Assembly (NCBI GenBank): GCA_964057225.1
Contig: OZ059894.1
Coordinates: 12,710,001-12,774,000 of the forward strand
Origin: Auanema rhodensis
Lineage: Eukaryota > Animalia > Nematoda
DNA length: 64,000 nucleotides
Direction: 5' to 3'
The position numbers and the translations under genes were made by a program. Shown piece after piece: positions 15,001 through 23,300 of the stretch (its first letter is position 1; every line of letters starts with the position of its first letter). Below the pieces are notes generated by a model, which worked only from the letters and a program-made list of their open reading frames with translations, had not been told where the DNA came from and ran no database searches.

Positions 15001-16583
15001 AAACTATTGTAAAAATATGAGATTGTTTCAAAATACGTGATTAAATGAAGAAAATAGAGTAAAATGAATTGGAATATTATAAAATATTTTCATGTTTTAT
15101 TTCTTGAGTATCAAAATATTCAAACTTTTTTTTTTCACTGTTTAAAATCTTAATGAACGAATGAATTGTTTCAAAACTATTGTAAAAATTTGAGATTGTT
15201 TCAAAATACGTGATTAAATGAAGAAAATAGAGTAAAATGAATTGGAAAATTATAAAATATTTTCATGTTTTATTTTTTGAGTATCAAAATAATTAAAATT
15301 ATATCTACTTTACTGTTAAAAACATTATTAACTGGATGATTTGTTTCGAAATTATTGTAAAATTTAAAATTGTTCCAAGAAACATGATTAAATGAAGAAA
15401 ATAGAGTAAAATGAATTGGAAAATTTTAAAATATTTTCATGTTTTATTTTTTGAGTATCAAAATATTTGAAATTATATCTTCTTTACTGTTAAAAACATT
15501 ATTAAATGAATGATTTGTTTCAAAATTATTGTAAAAATTTAAAATTGTTCCAAGAAACATGATTAAATGAAGAAAATAGAGTAAAATGAATTGGAAAATT
15601 ATAAAATATTTTCATGTTTTATTTCTTGAGTATCAAAATATTCAAACTTTTTTTTTCACTGTTTAAAATCTTAATGAACGAATGAATTGTTTCAAAACTA
15701 TTGTAAAAATTTGAGATTGTTTCAAAATACGTGATTAAATGAAGAAAATGGAATAAAATGAATTGGAAAATTATAAAATATTTCCATGTTTTATTTTCTT
15801 AGTATCAGAAAATTCAATTTAAGATCGTTTTTAATGTTTCAAATCTTAATGAACGAATGAATTGTTTCAAAACTATTGTAAAAATATGAGATTGTTTCAA
15901 AATACGTGATTAAATGAAGGAAATGGAGTAAAATGAATTGGAAAATTATAAAATATTTTCATGTTTTATTTCTTGAGTTTCAAAATATTCAAACTTTTTT
16001 TTTCACTGTTTAAAATCTTAATGAACGAATGAATTGTTTCAAAACTATTGTAAAAATATGAGATAAATTCAAAATACGTGATTAAATGAAGAAAATGGAG
16101 TAAAATGAATTGGAAAATTATAAAATATTTTCATGTTTTATTTCTTGAGTTTCAAAATATTCAAACTTTTTTTTTTCACTGTTTGAAATCTTAATGAACG
16201 AATGAATTGTTTCAAAACTATTGTAAAAATATGAGATTGTTTCAAAATACGTGATTAAATGAAGAAAATGGAGTAAAATGAATTGGAAAATTATAAAATA
16301 TTTTCATGTTTTATTTCTTGAGTTTCAAAATATTCAAACTTTTTTTTTTCACTGTTTAAAATCTTAATGAACGAATGAATTGTTTCAAAACTATTGTAAA
16401 AATATGAGATTGTTTCAAAATACGTGATTAAATGAAGAAAATGGAGTAAAATGAATTGGAAAATTATAAAATATTTCCATGTTTTATTTTTTTAGTATCA
16501 GAAAATTCAAATTAAGATCGTTTTTAATGTTTCAAATCTCAATGAACGAATGAATTGTTTCAAAACTATTGTAAAAATATGAG
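1..16583. repeat. AT-rich tandem satellite array, ~174-bp monomer (left arm, ~95 monomers)
   Basis: Head-to-tail repeats share the core ATTGTTTCAAAACTATTGTAAAAATATGAGATTGTTTCAAAATACGTGATTAAATGAAGAAAATGGAGTAAAATGAATTGGAAAATTATAAAATATTT. Position 1 recurs at 174. Type A (T10 tract) is 173 bp; type B (TTAAGATCG) and type C (ACATTATTAACTGG) are 175 bp. The ORF track shows no ORFs here. Confidence 0.99.
16553..16583 (+). repeat. 31-bp direct duplication flanking the element (left copy)
   Basis: AATTGTTTCAAAACTATTGTAAAAATATGAG, identical to 25275-25305. Confidence 0.8.
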
Positions 16584-16658
16584 TGTGCGAACGCACTCCA
16601 TCTTTCCTATACTCTTTTTGGACAACGATGCACTTTATTCCCACTATTTTATTCACCT

Positions 16659-16934
16659 ATGACTCATACGTGAAGCACACACACATGCAAGTTTATCCGA
16701 TTACTCACCAGATGTTCCTTCATTATTGTCTCTTAAACACATCTATCCATCTTAACCTTTTATGTTAATCTTGTTCTCTTATTGCCTATAGTCTATTTTA
16801 ATCTTAAGAATTCGTTTAGCTTAATCAATAATCTTGTAAGTTGCAATCGAGGTCTAAATGGCTCATGACTCATTCGCCCACTCGCGCATCCTGCAAAATC
16901 TGGGAAATGCCGCACAGGATAAGACATGACTCAT
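16659..16934. promoter_or_regulatory. Three exact ATGACTCAT (AP-1/GCN4-type bZIP) sites in U3
   Basis: ATGACTCAT at 16659-16667, 16865-16873 and 16926-16934, each with different flanks. Confidence 0.55.
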
Positions 16935-17166
16935 CTACACTTAGCCTGCCCCCACAACTTACAGCAGAAGGCACATTCAATCTGTGGCAAAATGCTGTAT
17001 TCTCTCTATATTCTATTCTATTCTAATATTCAGCCCACGTATCTATTATTCCTAGATTATTTTATATTTCATTTATTATATATTATTTCGTATTCTTGTT
17101 GTAAATTATTTCTCTATTTCTTCATGCCATCATTAATATGTATTGTATATCGCCCGGTAGAATTCG

Positions 17167-17173
17167 TATATAA
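17167..17173 (+). promoter_or_regulatory. Putative LTR TATA box
   Basis: TATATAA(G) about 165 bp upstream of AATAAA, in a typical U3 position. Confidence 0.55.
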
Positions 17174-17331
17174 GCTCGCAGCTTTTCCCATTCTTCACCT
17201 CTTGATCCAACGACCGCTCCAAGCGTCGTTCTGCTGTTGCTGCTGCTCCATATTTACTTTGTATTCTTGCTTCGTATCGTATTCATCTATATTCCTATTT
17301 TTGTCACTGTTGTCTTTACCAGTTCTCTCTT

Positions 17332-17337
17332 AATAAA
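17332..17337 (+). terminator. Putative polyadenylation signal in the LTR R region
   Basis: AATAAA lies between the TATA box and the LTR end and is followed by GT/T-rich sequence. Confidence 0.6.
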
Positions 17338-17396
17338 TCGTTGTCCAAGTAACCTAGCGTTCTCGTTCTCTACACTTCAAATCCACTGAACCACCC

Positions 17397-20300
17397 ATGC
17401 CTGTTTTACGCTCTCCTACTTCAAAGGACTCCAGTCAAAACATGGTGCATGAGGCCGAGGCTTCCGATACCTCTCGGGCCAACGCTTGGATCGCTAGGTG
17501 TACTTCGTTTTTGACTAAGCTTCAAAAACAGGACGGACGAAGAAAATCTTTCATGACTCGTCAAATCAATCTCCAGTCAAACAAAATGACCTGGATGATT
17601 GAACTTCGTGAAAAAGAGATGCTGGCTATTGACCTTGACATCAACATGATCAACTCCCTCATTGAGGAGTTGAACAATATTACCGAAGATCTTAACTCTG
17701 AAGATCAAGAGAGAATCCTCGCTAACGAGGATACTCTCCGGAGACACATATCCACCCTACGTGGATATACCTCCGCGCTAAGAGACCAAGTCTCTGCAAT
17801 GCGAGCTCAAGACCCGGAAGAAGAACAAACTTCTTCTGCGCCGTCTGCCCAGCCCATTGCCAACATTCCGCTCACAACTGAAGTTCAGAGGCCAGACCTC
17901 ACCCAACCGACTCAAGCTCAGTTGGGAAACGAACCGCTACCAATAGCGTACAGGGAGTCCTACAGACTGAGACCCACGGTCAAACCTGTAGACATCCCTA
18001 AGTTTGACGGAAATGTGAAGAACTGGCGCAACTTCTGGAGTTTGTTCAACCGACTCATCCACTCGGCTAACATACCGACAATCGAGAAATTTAACTACCT
18101 ACGCCAATCTCTTGTCGGTGAAGCAGCCGCTCAGCTCTCTTCGTTCCCAACGAACGAAGACTCCTATGACGCTGCCGTCTGCTTCCTCCATGATTTGTAC
18201 GATGACAACGACAACATCCTCCAACACCTAATGTTGGATTTCGTACAAATCCAACCACGCTCCACGAGCAACAGAGACCTTCTGTTCATGGCCGACAAGA
18301 TATCCGGTATCTTTCGCCAAACAGAAACCAATCCACACGAAGCGCTAAACGCTCTTGCTATTGTACTTCTACACAGCAAGCTACCAGGCAGCATTATTCA
18401 AGAGCTCTACAAAACGCTCGACACAAGGCCCAGCATTGGAACACTAGTATCGACACTTCAAAGATACCTTCGCCAACAAAACAAGGTAAAAATCTTTGCT
18501 GCTGATCGATTTGAGAAACCCATCCAACGTCCAAACAGCTTCACAGGCCCAAGGCCCAACAACGTGTCGACACCTCAGCGCCCACGACCTGAGATGAGAA
18601 AAACAGCAGCAAAAACAACAAGCTGCATCTTCTGTCAGAAACCCCACGCTCCCTGGGACTGCGACACTCCGAAGACGAAGAAAGAACGTCAGACCATTCT
18701 GACTCAAGAAAAACGCTGCCACAACTGTCTACGCAAGTCTCACAACACAGAGAACTGCCCCAGCAAACGCACATGCTCCAAGTGTGGCGAAAAACACTTG
18801 GAAGTCCTCTGCTACGGAAGAAAGAAGACTTCCAAAGTGAATATGTTAAGCAGCACTCCCATGGAAGATGATTACAACGAGGAAGAACACATCATTCAGT
18901 TCGCTACTCAACAACAGGACCAACAGTTTTACAACGCTCTACTCCCGGTAGGGACGATCAACATCTTCAAAGGGGATAAGACCATTGCTGTGCCCGCTAT
19001 ACTTGATAGCGGATCAGACACATCCTTCATCGAAGAAGACCTCGCTAAAGAGCTTCAGCTTACCGTAATCCAAACGAAGCGAGTAAAGATAAAAACCTTC
19101 GGAAACACAACCTCTATTGAGAAACTCAATAAAGTGGAAGCAAAGATCATCGGAACCAAGTCCGAAATCATTGCCAACTTATGGACAAAGAAGATTCTCA
19201 CAGGACCTATCAACACAGTCAGCTTCCAAAAAGCTACAAAGGCCAAGCCAAGCCTAGGACAAACTTCCAAGATTACTCCTAGAATCCTCATAGGATCGGA
19301 CCTTATGTGGCAAGCACTGACTTCCGTAGAGCAATTAAATCCAGACAACATAATCATCCACACACAATTTGGAGATTTCATCACCGGTCAAACAACTGAC
19401 AAAAAGTCAATTAGTGCCTACTCCGTCATCACAGGAGAATCTTCAATACCAATTCAAAAATGGAACAAAAGTTTTATTGAAGAACACATGGAATTTACCG
19501 GCACAGAACAAGAGGAGAGAGAAGCAAGAGACAAATTGATCCTAGATCAATTCAACGCTTCCATCCAAAAGAAAGAAGATGGCTATTATGTTTCGTTCCC
19601 ATGGAAAGAAAACGCACACTTACTTCCGGACAACAGAGCACTTGCTCTCAAAAGATTGACAAGTTTAGCCCTTAAACTATCAAATCAACCACAACTACTT
19701 CAACAATACAACAACATTATTGAAGAACAGTTAAACAGCGGCATCATTGAGGAGGCTACGGATCCATACCCAAACGCTCATAGGATTCACTACATCGCCC
19801 ATCAGGCAGTAATAACGCCTCAAAAGGAAACGACTAAGCTTAGAATAGTCTACGATGCCTCCGGACATTACCAAAACAAGCCAAGCTTGAACGACGTCAT
19901 TCACCAAGGCCCATTAATCCTTCCTTCTCTCATAGGGATGATACTACGATTCAGATGCGGACCAATAGCAATGATTGCTGACGTTAAAAAAGCCTTTCTT
20001 CAAATCCGACTACACGAATCCGAAAGAGACGCGACACGATTCTTCTGGTTAAATGACATCAATCAACCAATCACACCAGAAAACATAAGGACACTTCGTT
20101 TTTGCCGAGTTCCGTTTGGCATCAACGCTTCTCCATTCCTACTCAGCGCAACTATACGCTATCATCTGATGCAAAGAAGTCACGAAAACTTTCTTGCCCA
20201 TCAAATAAAGGAAAACCTCTACGTCGACAACTTACTCTTAGCATGTGATTCGAGCGAAAAGATATGTCTCTGGTATCAAGACATCAAAGACATATTCGCA

Positions 20301-23300
20301 GAAATGAATATGACACTCCAAGAGTTCATATCTAACGACGCTACCTTCAACAACAACCTCAGTATGGAAGAGAAAAACAGTTCAACAACACCCAAAGTAT
20401 TGGGACTACCTTGGGACACCAAGACTGATCAATGGATTATCGAGACGAAGATAACAGAAACAAAACCAACCAAAAGAGGCATAACTCAAGCTATAGCCTC
20501 AATCTTCGATCCTATGGGAATGATCTGCCCCAGCCTTCATCCACTCCGTCTGTTTTTACAATCACTGTGGACAGAAAACTTCGACTGGGACACAACACTT
20601 CCCCATGAGCTACAACAAAAATGGAAAGAATTGTCAGACAATTTTCACATGGTAAAAGCGATTCCTCGCTCACTACCATCAGACCCAACAAACTCATATC
20701 ATCTGGTCACTTGCACAGATTCCAGCGGATCAGCGTTAGGATTTTGCGTCTACATCTTATCAGCATCAACTCGCAAACCCAGGCTCATGTTTGCAAAATC
20801 AAAGTTGCACTCCAAGAGTTCATCCATCACAATCCCAAAAGCAGAAATCTCTGCTCTTACAATAGGAGTATCAAACACTCTGAAAATCGCCAAAGAAATC
20901 AGAGGCAACATCAAGATAGAAACTGCTACCTTTCTATCCGACTCTGAGATAGCACTTGCTTGGATCCGACAGAAACCAGACCAGAAAACAACTGGGGTCT
21001 TGGTACAAAACCGCATCAAAGAAATCAACGAATGCGCAGAACAACTGGAAGATATGGAAATAAAGACCTTCTTTGGTTATATCAACACGAAGGATAATCC
21101 AGCCGACATCGCCACAAGAGGTTGTACCACAGCAGAGCTAAGCGACCATTACTGGTGGAATCCACAAGCTCAACTCGAACGAGCAATCAATGGTCCATTA
21201 TTCACTCTTCCACAGAATGAAGTGAATGTTCACATGACAACTACGGATGACGACCCAAACGAAGAACCATGGATATCAGACTGTTCCTCATGGACACAGG
21301 CACAAGAAAAATGGATAGCAACTCATTATCCACTCACTGAAGCTCGTACACCTCAACATTATGAAGAAGCAGAACTAAATCTACTACACCTTCATCAAAG
21401 AAACTTGATGGTTCGTCTGACAGCAGCCCAAAGAAACGATCTCCGTCCACTCCTCAGAGATCACTTCTGGCACAGTAGAGGACGAATGGAAAACGCTGAG
21501 CTAGAGCAATCAGCTAAGCTTCCTATCATCATCCTTCCCAAAACACCAACCGCACGACTCCTCATAGAGCACTTTCATGAAAAATTTCACAAAAGTACTG
21601 CTCATACCATGGCGGAAGTACGACAAAAATACTGGATTCCTCAACTACGTTCCCAGACACAAGCAGTCATAAGAAAGTGCGCAAATTGTCAAAGGCTTAA
21701 CAACCGGCCATTTACGTACCCTCCATCAGGAAACGTACCATCCAGACGACTCCAACGAAGCCAACCCTTCAAACACGTAGGTCTCGACTACTTCGGACCC
21801 ATCACAGTCAAAGACGGAAATACGAAAGTCTGGAGCTGCATCTACACCTGCACGGTGACAAGACTCATCCATCTTGAGGTGATTCACAACCTCACAACTA
21901 CCGCATTTCTCAACTGTTTACGGAAAATCTGGGCACGACGTGGATGCCCATCGAGCATAACCTGCGACAACGCAAGCACCTTTGAGCTTGGTCAAAAGGT
22001 TGCAAACAAACTCTTCACTACAACAGACAGCGGAAATCAATACAAAATTCGCTGGCACAACATCACCCCCTATGCCCCATGGCAAGGCGGTTTTTACGAA
22101 AGACTTATTAGGTCCGTGAAGGAAGCTCTTTACAAAACACTCCACAGTACTCCAACTACTGAAGAGCTCACAATAACCCTTGCAGAGTGTGAAGCTACAA
22201 TAAACACACGTCCACTCACATACATCGGTACAGATACGAACAAAGATGAGATCATACGACCATGCGATTTCATCTATAAAGACATCGACTTGAACATCTC
22301 TGTCGAATCAGAAGAAGAAATGGATGAGGATTACATTGACAGCCCAGCGCTACAAACTCAAGCTGATACAGAACGAGCCATTCACTCATCAAGGAAACGC
22401 ACAAACAAGTTCTGGGAACTCTGGACAGACCTATACCTGAAAGAGATCCGCGCTACACACCATCACAACATTTCAGTTAAGAAAGCGGGAACAAAGTTAA
22501 CTCCATCCATTGGTCAAATCGTCCTAATCAACGAGCTTCCTATTCCCCGTCACAAATGGAGTACAGGAAAAATAATTCAAGTTCACCCCGACAGATCAGG
22601 AAACATCAGAGAAGCAACGCTGATTTCGGAAACAGGTCGAGAAATAAAAAGACCAGTCAACTTACTGCACCCATTGGAAATCTCAGACAACGAGATCCCA
22701 GAAAAACTCAAGGGCAACGCAACACCAGAAGAACAAGTTCATGAAGAAAGAAGAACCAACTTACGTAACTTACCACGAGTATGGTACGGAGATACAACCA
22801 ATACACTCCTCACCTTCTTCACAATACTTGCGATTTTCGGACCAATGGCCTCAGCAAACCCAACAATTTCATGCAACTCCCACGGAGTTCATATCCAAGG
22901 AATCAGTACGGCAAACCAACAAGTGTGCATCCAAAACACATGCTTCAACAGTAGTAACAACGGAGACGTCACTCTTCCCACAGCAGAAATATTGACAGAC
23001 TACCAAGTCAGTTGGACATTTTTTCACAACTCCAGACTTCAACACATGTTCTTAACATGCCCAGGAGTCCACTTCTGCTCTACAGTTACCTGCACATTTT
23101 GTACAGCAACCCTGCTCAATCCATCGTGCTGGCCTTGGACTTCAATCTTGCTACTGACACTCATAGTATATATGATCACAGCCTTATGCTACGGACTACT
23201 ATACACACCATGGGTTATCGGCAAACCAATTCGTCTGTGGTGCTATATAATCTTCTCACTCACACTGACAACTGGACGAAAATTGAAGAAACTCTTCTCA

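Larger units (their letters stand above)
16584..17442 (+). repeat. 5' LTR (~859 bp), single copy
   Basis: Starts TGTGCG and ends CAAAACA immediately before a TGG-initiated PBS. Contains TATATAA (17167) and AATAAA (17332) in the expected order. The 3' boundary is inferred from the PBS because no second LTR is available to align. Confidence 0.85.

Noticed and set aside
16553-16583. 31-bp duplication as a canonical integrase TSD
   Set aside because: Bel/Pao TSDs are about 5 bp and the right junction is not an LTR end. It is reported instead as a repair or aberrant-integration signature.
1-16583. Calling the array a centromere or naming the host species
   Set aside because: Monomer size and AT content are only suggestive. 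The inferred nematode host would probably be holocentric, and I do not recognise this satellite family.
16585-16596. Small palindrome GTGCG-AA-CGCAC at the LTR start
   Set aside because: A 5-bp stem with a 2-nt loop can easily arise by chance, and there is no second LTR or homologue to test conservation.
16583-17333. Short ORFs of 61, 61 and 135 aa upstream of the polyprotein
   Set aside because: They lie inside the T-rich LTR and give low-complexity F/L/Y/I/S translations with no recognisable motif; two begin at non-ATG codons.
22471-22476. TTTCAG as a splice or trans-splice acceptor for a subgenomic env mRNA
   Set aside because: It matches the nematode acceptor consensus, but the next ATGs (22556, 22741) are out of frame with env and no convincing donor was identified. 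It cannot be supported without RNA data.
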